Shown: positions 40,577 to 53,200 of the stretch, piece after piece | Layout of the letters: each line of letters begins with the position of its first letter | Position numbering within the stretch: the stretch's first letter is position 1 | Assembly: GCF_964204865.1 (NCBI RefSeq) | Contig: NC_135257.1 | Coordinates: 13,330,001-13,394,000, forward strand | Direction of reading: 5' to 3' | Source: Styela clava | Taxonomy: Eukaryota | Length of the DNA stretch: 64,000 nucleotides | Translations under genes and position numbers: made by a program | The notes under the pieces: generated by a model | What the model was told of the DNA's origin: nothing | The model's input: only the letters and a program-made list of their open reading frames with translations | Databases searched by the model: none

Positions 40577-40738
40577 GGTTCCATTTCATTTGAACCAACG
40601 ACAATTGCACCTATGGAATTTTATTTTTACGGATATTTGAGCCCATACTAACCCTAACCCATGGATTTTAACACCCTCATATAGATTGAACTCACGGATA
40701 TACGGGTGCATATGTATGGGTTCAAATGTACGTTCACC
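40577..40738. mobile_element. Short MITE with 9-bp TSD (Mutator-like)
   Basis: GGTTCCATTTCATTTGAACC...GGTTCAAATGTACGTTCACC; perfect TSD atattcagg. Confidence 0.8.
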
Positions 40739-43700
40739 ATATTCAGGTATTGTTATCTCATTTTCCGTACGGTATCTGGCTATTTTGCTTCCAGGCCCAT
40801 ACCCAGTTACCACAGTATTCTTGGCAAATTGTATCTAATCTATTTACCAGTACCGATACAATTCTAATCGTACTAGAATAGGAATCCGTTATTTCAACTT
40901 TTGTGAAGAAGGGACGACAGTTTCGAGAAGCAAATCAAGCATTTGTGGTATCAGAGATAGAGATTTATTATTCGTCAACCAGAAAAACAAGCATTGCAGC
41001 AATAAAAGCAAAGTTATTTGGTATAGCTGTATAAACTGGGAGGAGCGATACGACCATACGGTCATCAGAGTCAGCTCCCGCCATTTTTACTATTTTATAT
41101 TATGTATATGAGAGTGGCGGTTATGGTGTACGAAATGGGGGCGCTAACTGTCGGAGAGTTATCTACAAGACATTTTGAGGTTCGGTTATAAAATCATAGG
41201 GTTTTGTACCCAAATCGGTCGAGTATTACTGTATTATAGGATTGGTATAGATCTAGGGTTCCGTCCCTTATCCACTGTTTTTTTTTCTATTACAGAAGAC
41301 TATCTACCAAATACTGTTCTACTATTGAATAAATTGTTTTTTTTTCAAATCAAAATATAAGTTGATTACAAATCGATGGATATATGCTTGGGGGTTATTA
41401 TGAGCCATAGGGAGAGTTGAGGAGGTTTGGTCAATCTTGATATTGTATATATGTATGTACTTGTATTTTACAAGTTTCTCCTCCATTTTGGGCGGCCATT
41501 TCGCCGCTTAACCTTCTTAATTAAACCAAAGATACAAACCCGCGACTTTGTACCACCGAACGGCCCACGCTGAGATAGAGATCTCGCTTAAAAAGGCATC
41601 GCATTCCCTACTTCCGTACCTCTTTACTCATGTGGAACGACCCTTGAACCCGCCAGTGAATTCTCCATTGTCATTCTCTGTGCTTTAAGCATTGTCCATA
41701 TCTCTCTTGTAACTTTGACGTCGTCGCGATGCGCAAGTTTCCTTCGAGAAATTTTCCACGCTATTGAGTCAGAGCGAAGGATACACGCCGCGAGATCGTA
41801 TCTCGTTACTTATAATTACTCTTTAAAGTTTAAGCAATGTCCACATCTCTCTATCAGGTTCGGGGTTGCAGAATTCCTCACCAAAATATTGCTAGGCTGT
41901 GTTTGAATAGCCGTCGCAACCCGGGTTAGCGCCGTTGTATTTAACCCAAAAATATAGGATTGGTAAATATGCTATTGGCTGGAAACTAATCGAAACAATC
42001 CAGTTCGGATTTGCAGAATTCTTCATAAAAGTATTTCCTCGAGTAGTATTTCGACGACGACATGGGGAGTTGGCTATTGTTTCCTACATTTTTGATATTG
42101 GCTGAAAACTATTCAAAACAATCCAGTTCGGGTTTGCAGAATTTTTCGAATCGAAACCGAAGTTTCTGTTCTGGTGGATCCCCTAACTTTCGATCGATAA
42201 GTCTTCGGTCTCTGACCGATGTTCTCGTTTTTTTAGTTGGCGCTGATAATGACAAATAAGAATGCGTGATTGTTGATTGTTATTCAGTAACCGCCGTTAT
42301 GGCCGTACGAAATGAAAGAAGGGTTATGAGCTAATTTCAGGACATTTTCTTCCCGATTTCTTTTATTTTAATACAAAGCAGGGCGCGTTGAAAAGCAAAA
42401 TAGAATTTATTAACATAAATTTACAACGAGTTACGTAAAATTTACCGACGTAAAATTTACCAACAGACAGAAACGATGAATGTTAGAATTTTTTATTTTG
42501 TGTCATTTTTGCGCCATCATAGTTTTCAATTTCTAATTTTTTGTAAATGGCGTCAACATCGTTTTTGTAAATTTAGAAACGTTGAATCAGCTAAGCAAGG
42601 CATGTGAATAATGTATTCTATGCAAATTTTCCGAGATATTGCGGAGAAATAATATTTTGACCACGTAGAAATGCCATTATTGCTGATTTATTCACGTGTT
42701 AAGTATCAGTGTTTTAAACCAAAGCTGAGTTACGTGAATATTCAACACTGAGTATTCTAGAGATTACCAATTTGCGGAGTTTTTTAGTTATTATTTAATA
42801 TGAAAGTAACACGGAAACGATATAAAATTAAAACATAAAAATGTCAACTATCAGCTTCACAAATATCGCATCCCGGGGTCAGTAATGATAATATTGTTTG
42901 CTCAAAATTGGGACCGTAACTGTGATACAAATCCAACACAGAAGATAAAAATCAGAACAAAATTAATTTTTGTTGTGAATACATTCCTTAATAGTTTTTA
43001 ACATCTTCGCCGATGTTCGTTAAAATATTCGAATAAATTTATATAAAAATAATTTGGTTTACTGGGCATCCAAATCAACAGTATCTATATATATGACTAT
43101 ATGAAGGATCGTTAAAATTGAATAATATACATGCAAAAATCATAATTGATAACAAAATGTACTCTAAATAATAAAATAAAAAACAAACTTTTTTGTGTAA
43201 ATTCACAAGACATGAAAATGGCAAATTTTAAATTTCAATGTCAAGGTATCCCAGAGTAATTTATAGTTAAAATCAGTATTTTTATTTGAGTATACGAATA
43301 GCTCACAAAGTCCAGGCAGCCTGGGGGTTTATGTGTGAGCAATTTCGCACTTGATCCAGCTGAAACAAGGGATTTTTGCAGCGAACGATGTGCTTTCTTA
43401 ATATGCAACGAACCATTTAGCTGGACGACGTTAAAATGCAGGGAACAATGGATTAGTGAGCAAATATTTGGAAGTTTCCACTCATTGTATATAATATGCT
43501 CATTGGACGTGGTAACAATAAACTCCACACAATAGCGCCTACGAAATTGACCTGCATTTTATGCCAGACTCTATTGCTCTCATTACCTTTTTCGCATACA
43601 ATTTATGATTAACAACTCGAGTGTAAACAAAGAATTTCTACATATGTCGTTTATTGTTTACCTCATTAGAACCTAATCCTTTTGTGTCGTGGTCCCACCC

Positions 43701-44008
43701 AACGTTGGTTTTTGGCAAGTTCATGTCTAGATTTTTTTTTTACTTGTTTCGTACAATCTACTGTAAAAAAACACAAAAATGCAATTTATACCCTATTCCC
43801 ATCCCTTCACATGAGAACCTGGGACATGAACGTGCCATAAACTGTCTATTGTACCTATTATCGTGGCGCCGTACCTCTTTGTCTTGTGTATTGCACCAGA
43901 GTTTTTTGTATATTTCATGTCTGTTGTCCTACTATAACGCAGCAGTCCTAAACTTGTTGGGTTGCATGTCGCACATCTGTGTCTTAGGCCAGTAAGGTCT
44001 TGAACATG

Positions 44009-44045
<37 letters not shown>

Positions 44046-44179
44046 TTTATTTTTGCTATTTTCATATATCGAATGTTTGTATATATTATTGTTTACCATC
44101 ATCTAAGGCCCACGGAATTTTTATTGTTTAATATTGCCTAAATGAGTTTTCAACAAAATATGCCCTCCCCCAATGTGAA

Positions 44180-44815
44180 GTTTTCTGTGGTTATATCGAA
44201 TTTGTTAAAAGTATTATTTGACAGACAAACTTTTCTAATAGTCATCTTCAATGTGAACCTTACTCACATCAGCAAATAGGGTGGGAGTTGACTTCGATGA
44301 CCACTTGGTAGTATCGCTCCCTCCTGTCCATAACAAAGTAATTTTATTTCTGATACATTTTTTCGTATTGATAACTGTTTGTATCTTGGTTGACAAAATA
44401 ACAAATATCTCTCCACTTTCTATACGGAATCAGGTTATGCTTCCAAATTAAGTTAGAAGGAGAATCTTGGGTGTCGCTTCTCGATAACCAAATTTGGTTT
44501 CCCGCGGCTTCCCTTTCCCAGTAAAAATGTGTGTTAAATTTTGTTTATTTTTTGATTTTGTATGTTATTTTTTTGCTGCTTGGAAAAAATAAAATTGACT
44601 ATGACTATCTATCTTTTTCTGACTACGCTGACTTGAACTGCTTCAAGCCGTCATTTCAATGATTTTAAATTAGATATTTTAACCTCGGTTGTTGCTGCTC
44701 GATAACCAGCTTTGGTTCCCCCCGACTTCCTTTCCCCAGTAAAACTGTGTAAATATCATTTTTTCGTAATTTGTGTTCGATTGATTTTCTTCACTGGTTG
44801 GAAAAAATAAACTCG
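44180..44815 (+). mobile_element. Decayed LINE (L2/CR1-like) 3' ends, two adjacent tails
   Basis: ctcgataacca...ttggtt.ccc..g.cttcc.tt.cccagtaaaa.tgtgt...ttggaaaaaataaa occurs at ~44465-44610 and ~44685-44815; the first ends in a short tandem tail (gactatgactat). Confidence 0.5.
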
Positions 44816-46287
44816 AGTTACTGGTGCGTAATGTATTACCATAATCATGCATGGTTCCTGTATCGCTTGGCTTTTCTGGCCATGAGTTCTATCTCGCGGA
44901 AGAAGACTATTTGTTGTTTTCATGAGTTGTTCAATCAAAAAATGAGCAGGGTTTTCGTGATTTAGATTAATCCGCTTCTGGGTCGGCATAGAACTAAGAC
45001 AAACACAAAACAACTGGCGAGAGCGAATTCCTGTATTTGTTAAATTGAACAAGCGAAATGGTTATAAGGTCTGGTGCTCGCGAATCCTAGTGCACAAACG
45101 CATATTGTGATGGTACGTTTTTCCAACGTTATGACATTTCATGACATCGTTAATCTTCTGAAATTGTTTCTGAATTGAATTCATCAACGAATGTCGTAAG
45201 ACACTTATGACATTATAGAAAATTTACGCAAATCTGCTATGATGTTACAGTGGAATTTAACCATTATGTGAAATAAAAAATATTACATCACATTTTGCAC
45301 CTTTGAAATGGCCGTAACGAAATCCTGCGCAAGCCACTTTACCTAAAACGCTGAATGTATTCATTCATATATTTATGTAGTAGTTGAATGCAAGTAATTT
45401 TTTATTTTAATTATTTATAGTCATCAAATTCTGTCAAAGATTGAATGAGGTATCCAAACGTCAAAGCTGTTGTTTCATATGGCCAGTTTAAAATTATCAT
45501 AGAGACACCATAAAAATCTTTACAAATTGTATAGATGCAGATTCAATCTGTATTTGAGAAGGAATTCGTAATTTGAAGCACGCCATGTGCTCAAGTAGAT
45601 TGTGACAAACATAATTTTCTATTACATAGAATGTCTAAATGCAAAAAGGTTCAATAACTATCCGCAGTCGTGACAGTCAGCCACGCTTGGCGGGATAAAA
45701 TGAGGGATTTCTTGAATTAAAATAAAAGAGCGAGAATCTAGGTGAAATACTGGATCTCATAGGACTCAGAGAAATTTTGAAAAAAAAAAATAAATACACT
45801 AGCCATGTATCTTTCATGCTTTTTGAACCTTTATCTAGTACTTTCATAATCCATAGAGCACAAAAGTACTTAGATTATTATTTTAATTGATAGATTCCAA
45901 ATCCCATTATGATAAACTATTCGGGCGAAAGAAAGTGAAAACCCTCTGTGACTGAAATGAAGTTTCCAGATAATTTAAACTATGGCGGCCAAGGAATTTT
46001 ATTTTAACGGGAAAAGCGCAAACGAAATTGCATTAAAATCAATTTATCGATTAGTATTGTGGCCCTTAAAACTGTTCTGTAGTCGCCTTGTGTACCAGGG
46101 CCCCCGATTGGGAACAAGTTGTGTAGGCTATATACCGTATTTATTTTATAAGTCGAGAGTATACTTATTAAACTATTTATTTATGCATTTGTGTTTAGGT
46201 GCTGACTTACTTTACTTTGGTTTCAGCGTATTTGGTTTATTGTGTGCGCGTTGCGTTATTAGGAATTTTAAAATTTAACTTACAAGA

Positions 46288-46355
46288 GGGGTTGTGGTTT
46301 GTCGTAGGATTAATTCGACCCATTGGCGTACCCCTTCCCTGGGATAAATCTGAGA
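46288..46355 (+). mobile_element. SINE 3' tail fragment
   Basis: gtggtttgtcgtaggattaa...ccccttccctgggataaatctg resembles the 3' end of the SINE at 54765-55078; similar tails at ~28610-28680 and ~28790-28850. Confidence 0.4.
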
Positions 46356-46860
46356 AAAATCGACCCTAACCGAGGTCGTCCATGTGTGACAGGGTAAACA
46401 CTCACGTGACATCGTTAAAAGATCAACAAAACGGTGGGGATTTTAAATCAGAATTCGGCGATTGGGAATCTCGTCCTCTTCCTGGTCTCTGTAATCGTTT
46501 TTGTCTTGCGCGTTGTGAAATCACGTGCAGCAATCAGCAATCCAAACTGGTAATCAGGCATATCTTTTTCTATTAATTATGTCAAGGTTTCATTTCATAG
46601 GACGGTGGGAGCGTAATTCGAAGCGTAATGTTTTGATGAGGAAAACGCATTATTTAATGTAAATATTCCAGTACCGCAACTTTTAAATGAAATGCTAAAG
46701 TAAAGATTTCGTCAAACTAATCTGTAAGCTGGTACGGGAATACAGGAATATAAACAACTTGGAATGTCGTTTGGAGGAGTCAATATCAGAATATTCTTAT
46801 ATTAATTTAAAGATCTCTAGGTCATTTTTCAAATGCTGAATTTAAGGTAGGGTTGTAGGC

Positions 46861-47064
46861 GGTTCCATTACATTTGAACCCACGTACATTTGAACCCATG
46901 ACAATTGCACCTGTATGCTATTGCACCTATGGAGTTTTTTTTTGTTTCACGGATAGTTAAACCCATACTAACCCTAACCCATGGGTTTTATCACCCGAAT
47001 ATAGATTGAACCCGTGGATATACGCTAGGGTTCAAATGTACATGGGTTCAAATGTACGGTCACC
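46861..47064. mobile_element. Short MITE with 9-bp TSD, same family as 40577-40738
   Basis: GGTTCCATTACATTTGAACCC...GGGTTCAAATGTACGGTCACC; perfect TSD gttgtaggc. Confidence 0.85.
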
Positions 47065-47475
47065 GTTGTAGGCTATTTCGGCTTTGTTAAGTTGTTCTTG
47101 ATGATTTTGCATGTTGCATAAAAATCATAGATCGTATTTAGCTTTGAAATAAAAACTTTGTATGCCTGTAGACTATGCTGGAGTTTCATTAATAACATTC
47201 AGACATTCCTTCTGTATCGAAAGATTGATGATGTGTATTTTGCGAGTTTTGTGATTGAGGTATTCAGTTATTGTTCTGTATATTGGACTTTCATTGCCGC
47301 ATGGAACATTTATTATTTTAACTTATTTGAATCTGTAAATTGCAATTAACCAGATAATATTAATTTTTTGCTGTGAAATAAAAAAAAAATTGAGTTTTTT
47401 CACTCGAATTGCCTATTACTACTGTACTATTTTGTAGAATCAGACTTACTGTTATAGTATTATAATTACGAACCA

Positions 47476-49689
47476 ATGTCCGGAAAATCATCATTAGAAT
47501 CAAGTGATATCGTTGGTCATTTGGATCCATACATAGAACATTTACGGAAAAAATATCTTGAAAGAAATGATGACACTGATGTAAAGGTTTTGGAAACAAC
47601 CGATCAGAACACAACTGACAATGAACCATTTTCCCATCTACCTCCCAATCCATCTCTGACAGAAAGTGAGCGCAAACACTACAATCGTGCAATGAGAGAA
47701 TTAGGAAAAGCGTTGAAACTGAGTGAAAATAATTTGAGAAGTTCAATTGCCGAGTTTGAGAAAAGTGTTGTTCCTACTGACGAAGACAAACGAACTTCTA
47801 CAGGCTCTGGAGATCGTCAATGTGCTGCTACTATTACTGATGAAACAACAAATCAAGATACAGCTGCGGATAGCGAAAGTGATGCTTTAACATGGCCAAC
47901 TACTTTGCCGTCTACAATACCTATAGCATCGAAAAAAATCCCATCTTCTTCATCAGAATGCTGGGAAACTATAATTCCATCATCGTGGAATGATCAAACA
48001 ACATTATCTGGATTATCGCGTCAGTTCAATTCGTGTGCCGAACCGGATAAAATTTCTGCTGTTGATGTAAAAGCAATATACTCTGAGCTGATGGGCATTT
48101 ATCAAAAACTTCTTACTGAGAAAAGTAGAATAGCTGAGCAACAAATGATCGAAAATAGACTGGAACAAAATTTTGAAAGCCAAGAGAAGGAACTTGCAAT
48201 TAGAGAAGCTTTTTTGCTTGAAAAGGAAAAAGAGTTATTGGAAAGAGAACGTTCACTTTCTCTCGGACTACAGAATATGAAAAGAACAAAAGAGATTGCC
48301 GCTAAATTAGAAGGTGTAGAACTTGAGGTCCAAGAAAGAATTGACCTTTTACAGCAAGGTCATCAATTAGAGGTTGAAAGACTGAATGCAGCATTGCTTG
48401 AAAAGTCTTGTGAAGTCAAACGTGTGAGAACTTCTTTCAACATGATGAAGGACCAAAATGACGAATTTAGAAATAAACTGTCAGCTCTGGGTTTTGAAAA
48501 TCAAAAACTGAAAAATCTGAACTCGAAATTAACTAAACGGCTGGAAAATCTTCAGAGAAGACAAGATTTTAGAGCATGCAAACCTACTCATATTGTTTCC
48601 GGGAATGCAAAGTTTGAGAAAGAAAATGTTGCAAAGCAGTTTCCATCAACAATGAAGAGAATTTCGGAAAAAGCTTCTCCTAAGCAGTTTGTAGGAATGC
48701 TTGAAGCATTGTCAGTAACATTTGATTGGTTATCAGAAGTCCATTTGAAGAGATGTGACACTAATGACATGGCCATTTCAATCAGTGTAGAATATGCTGT
48801 TGATAAATGTCTTAAAATCCTCCCACTACTTGTGGATGTGGTGAAAATCCTACCTAGTTATTCAACACAGAAAAAACATCATTTATCAATACTTTCATTT
48901 GTCTATCTCTGTTTGTGTCGCATCGATGAATCACAAAATGCATTGTTGTCTTCAACAACACGTAGACTAGGTGATGAGCTATACAAACCTTCTCATGGAG
49001 TTTTGAATTCTCGAAAAGCTTCGTCAGCCTCTCTTATACTGGCAACAACTGCTTCATCTACTGCAGTTGACAGTATACAGAGTCTTAGTTTTGGAGAAAA
49101 AGCGCAAGAATTTGCTTCTGATAATTCTGTATATTTTCGTAGCAATGTTCCTGAAATTAGGCTTCTTAGTTGCTTTATTGTTTTAAAGACCTTACATCAA
49201 GTTGATGTATTAGCTCATGTTTTTGGTCAAATGAAGAAGGATTTGAAAAATGAAAATAACAGAAAAATATTTTTGGATTACAATGCAACTCATATTGTTC
49301 TGCCTTATGTTACATACAGAGCAAACAAAGCACTGATAGGAGATGCAATCGATGTCATTCTACAAATGTCAATGGAGTCTGCATTGTTGCCCGCATTCCT
49401 TGAACAGTGCAGCACAGAACAATGGTTCCGCACATTTTCTTCTACACTTAGGAGCGCCATTGGCTCTCTTGATAAAAGTTCATCACCAAACACAGTTATA
49501 ATCGAAAAATTAAGCATTATTCTTCAAAAATTATCGAAAGTAAAGACCAATCGGAAATATTTTGATGCTTTCTCGATGGGAAGGAATTTGCAAGAATGCT
49601 ATAGAACTTGTGATCCTAAAAATACATTTCTTGTTCTTAACTTGAGATCTATTTTATTCAATCTCAACTTACTCAAAGACAATTCCTAA
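47476..49689 (+). CDS. CCDC138: Coiled-coil domain-containing protein 138-like, single coding exon (737 aa)
   Basis: Long ORF with IYSELMGIYQKL, a central coiled coil, STTRRLGDELYK, RLLSCFIVLKTLHQVDVLAHVF and C-terminal IEKLSIILQKLSKVKTNRKYFD...FLVLNLRSILFNL, recalled as CCDC138 motifs. Confidence 0.85.
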   Translation: MSGKSSLESSDIVGHLDPYIEHLRKKYLERNDDTDVKVLETTDQNTTDNEPFSHLPPNPSLTESERKHYNRAMRELGKALKLSENNLRSSIAEFEKSVVPTDEDKRTSTGSGDRQCAATITDETTNQDTAADSESDALTWPTTLPSTIPIASKKIPSSSSECWETIIPSSWNDQTTLSGLSRQFNSCAEPDKISAVDVKAIYSELMGIYQKLLTEKSRIAEQQMIENRLEQNFESQEKELAIREAFLLEKEKELLERERSLSLGLQNMKRTKEIAAKLEGVELEVQERIDLLQQGHQLEVERLNAALLEKSCEVKRVRTSFNMMKDQNDEFRNKLSALGFENQKLKNLNSKLTKRLENLQRRQDFRACKPTHIVSGNAKFEKENVAKQFPSTMKRISEKASPKQFVGMLEALSVTFDWLSEVHLKRCDTNDMAISISVEYAVDKCLKILPLLVDVVKILPSYSTQKKHHLSILSFVYLCLCRIDESQNALLSSTTRRLGDELYKPSHGVLNSRKASSASLILATTASSTAVDSIQSLSFGEKAQEFASDNSVYFRSNVPEIRLLSCFIVLKTLHQVDVLAHVFGQMKKDLKNENNRKIFLDYNATHIVLPYVTYRANKALIGDAIDVILQMSMESALLPAFLEQCSTEQWFRTFSSTLRSAIGSLDKSSSPNTVIIEKLSIILQKLSKVKTNRKYFDAFSMGRNLQECYRTCDPKNTFLVLNLRSILFNLNLLKDNS

Positions 49690-50272
49690 TTGTAAAATTT
49701 ATTTATCTCTAATTTCAATAGCAACAAATTGATGTTACAAGCAGTAATTTAGAGAACCTAGACATTTTGGCGATTGATAAAATTAAAAATTTATTTTATT
49801 ATTAAATATAACTAATTTTCTGATTTTAACGAACATTACTGACTTGAATATTCTTAGGAATTAGCTATAATGAGTTCGCTGTATACAAATATTTGAAATC
49901 AAGTTTAGAATGTCTTTATTATACCATTTATTATTAACGTTTTCTGTTGTAGGCTATTCAATAAACTCCATTTTTCTATGTAATTTTTTATAAATAAAGC
50001 TATTCTTCAGAACAAAAAACATTGGAAGTGTTTAAAATTCTATTAATATTACGAAGATTTTTTCTATATGTTATAAATTACAAATGTTAAGTTACAAATA
50101 TTTTTGTCTATACACTTAGCAATGCTTAGTATATATTTTATATATCTAGTATGTACTTATTGTCATCAGGGTAGACTAGTAGATATGTGTAGATCTTATA
50201 CTGTCATTATTAATACTGTAATATTATATTTTCTTCAGTATAATTCGATTCTGCTTTTAATCAAGTATTTAA

Positions 50273-53200
50273 ATGGCATCAAATGTTGCAGCTGAAACCT
50301 CAAATCAATCTAGTGCTCTCCTTGAGCCAGATTCGAAAGAGACTCACAGTGCCATGAGCGGATTACTAGACACTGATGATTTGATCAGTGGCGTAAGTGA
50401 CCTCACAGAACGAGATATTTCTAGAGCTGATAATCAGACCAATAAACATGGTAATTGAAGTATAATAATGGATTATTCTCTATTTTAAGTTGCTTCTAAT
50501 ATAAATTTTCTTGCTATTAACTGGTGCTAGGGCATCCTTGGTGATTCTGGTAGTAACCTAATAGAATGACAGAAATAGATGAAGTAGACATTCTGAAGTG
50601 GGCAATATAGAAGGCTATATTATATACTTGTTGCAATGACTGTGTATATTTATCCCTTGGTATTTGATAAATTTTATGTCTGCATTGCCTTATCTACTTG
50701 TTATCAGTCTGATTATAAATTTTATAAAACAATAATTGTTCTATATATTTAATATTTATTTTTCATTAGGACGTGTTTCACGACACGAGTTTGAAAGAAA
50801 ACAAATGGTTCATGATCTTCAATTACTTCGAATTGAATTGTCTCAGAAAAATTTAGTTATCGATAACATGAAAGCAGATCATATGAGCAAGGTAGAAGAA
50901 CTTGAAGAAAGACTGAATGACACACTGCATAAAAGACAGGTAAAGAACACCATAGCCATAGTATCTATAAAACCATTATTATTACTGTACTTCCCAGAAA
51001 AAAAGATCCAACAAGAAGTTGCATGATGGTTCCAATAATTTAATAAAATTCCTTCTAGATTGTAGAACCTGGTATACCCCCTTGGGACTCTTGGTATCTA
51101 ATTTTTATGTTTATCGCAGATTCTGCAAGCAAGACTGGAAAGTGCATTAGCAATTCAGCAAGATGAAGCTCGAAATAGGCAACAACAAACCCAGAAAGAA
51201 CTAAAAATTATATTGGAAAGGTATTCACATTTAAATACAATGATAGGTTGTTGAATTACTCTATACTCGGACTATTTGGCAGTTGAATGACTCGTTACTC
51301 AAACAATTCGGTAGTCTACCAAAAAATTCCAGTCAAAAATTCTTCGGTACTCAAACAGAAATTCGGTGCTCGAACACCTAAGCATGCAGCCGAGTGAGAT
51401 AAAGTCATTTGGCCACGCATTCCGGCGACCCACATTATGTTTGATTTTCGTTATGTACCTATTTAAATAATTATTGTTGTTTAGGTACACGTTTTGTCAA
51501 TATTTTGGGTATTTCGGAATGCGTAAGAACGAATTAAAATAATCACCATTGTTACGGCACGGCAGTAAAAGTTTCAGTACTTGAACAAACAGCAGCATAA
51601 TGCCATGTAGTGAAAAAGCTAAAACGGCTAGTAATACAAAATCAGTTAATTCAGATAATGCAACATGAAATCAATCTAATAATTTATGGAAAAAATCCTG
51701 TAACATTTTAAGAAAGTGGAATCTTGTTATACACTTCAAGCATAATTATGAGTTTACATTCTAAAAATCTGTTAAAATATCATTTGAATTTACAGGCAAC
51801 AAGAACTTGAAAATGTGAATAAAAGACTTCAAGCAAAAGCATCTGACATTCAGTATCAGCTCCAGAGAGATGTTCAGATATCGGAGGAAGAATATATTGA
51901 GTTAAAATCGATGCCTCCCAATAAGTTGTCTCTCAAAGAATTCTTTTCCATGAGGTACAGAGTGTAGAGAAATTAAAAACACCATCAGTCAATAGCTTGT
52001 AAGAATGACTTACATTTTCCTAATCAATGACTAACTGTAGAATCAGTAGCCTATGCGACTTACATTGAAATCCATTATCTGTTCATACAAAATAATAAAA
52101 TCAAATCCAACCACAACAGCAATTTATTTGGTACCAATAAGATCTCAGCTGGGCAGTAAGCACAAGCTCTTTCAAAAAGATGTTGAAGTGGTCTGACGTC
52201 ACAGGACTGTCACGTGGTGGTGTAATATTCACAAAATAGCAAAATTTTGGCTGAAGTATCAGGCTCAGAGAAATTTGAAATAAAAATTAGCTTTTTATTG
52301 GCTCAAGCCATATCTAGCTACATTTAATCAAAATTTTGGGTGTATCAGGCTCGGAGGAGTTTAAAAAAAATGAATCTTTCCAATGGCTTGAGCTATATTT
52401 AAAACTGAAAGTTTGAAAATAATTGGTCTAATAAATTTGGAGAATAACCATTTTCTTCCAACAATAAATGTCACCCCCCAAACAGCAACAATTCAGCAGA
52501 ACATTCCTTGTGTGCAATTCATGTCCAGTAGTACACTGCGATGTCTATAACTTCCATGATTGATTTTGATAGGGAGAAAATAGGTCTACACTGAAATTTA
52601 GTCATTGATCACTATTGAAATATTGAACTTTAGTTATTGATATCATCATTCATCACATTTTTGTCTAAACCTCTTCTTTCTAAAAACTCTAAACCTGTAT
52701 TTGATTGCTTTCAGAATTTATGAAGTGATGTCACCAATTCGAATTGAATGCATCAATTTACGTGAACAACGGGATAAATTGTCAGTTGAAATTGCACAAC
52801 TAAATCACAGGTTGAATAGCACAGAGCAAAATTTAATGCAGGTTTGTAGATTTAAGATACAGTGGTACCTCCGTAATCTAACGACTCTATACTCGAACAA
52901 TGGGTAGTCCACCAAAAAAACGCATCTCAGCTGCCTCTTGACCATTAAACAAAATAGCAATGCTTAAATATAATATGTTCGAAAAGGCCAAAACGAAGTA
53001 GTAATCTGTGCAATGCAATCTGTAGATTACCGGTGTGGCAATCTTCATGACTAATGCGAAAGCGGAACTGCAACAAGGTGCGAAGTATTTGATATCATTG
53101 CACACAAAAACAAATCCCATAGAGCCCACAAAAATTTGCTCAAACATACAGTAACTGATACAAGATTTTTGATATTTTTATCCTTATAATGTTTGATCTT

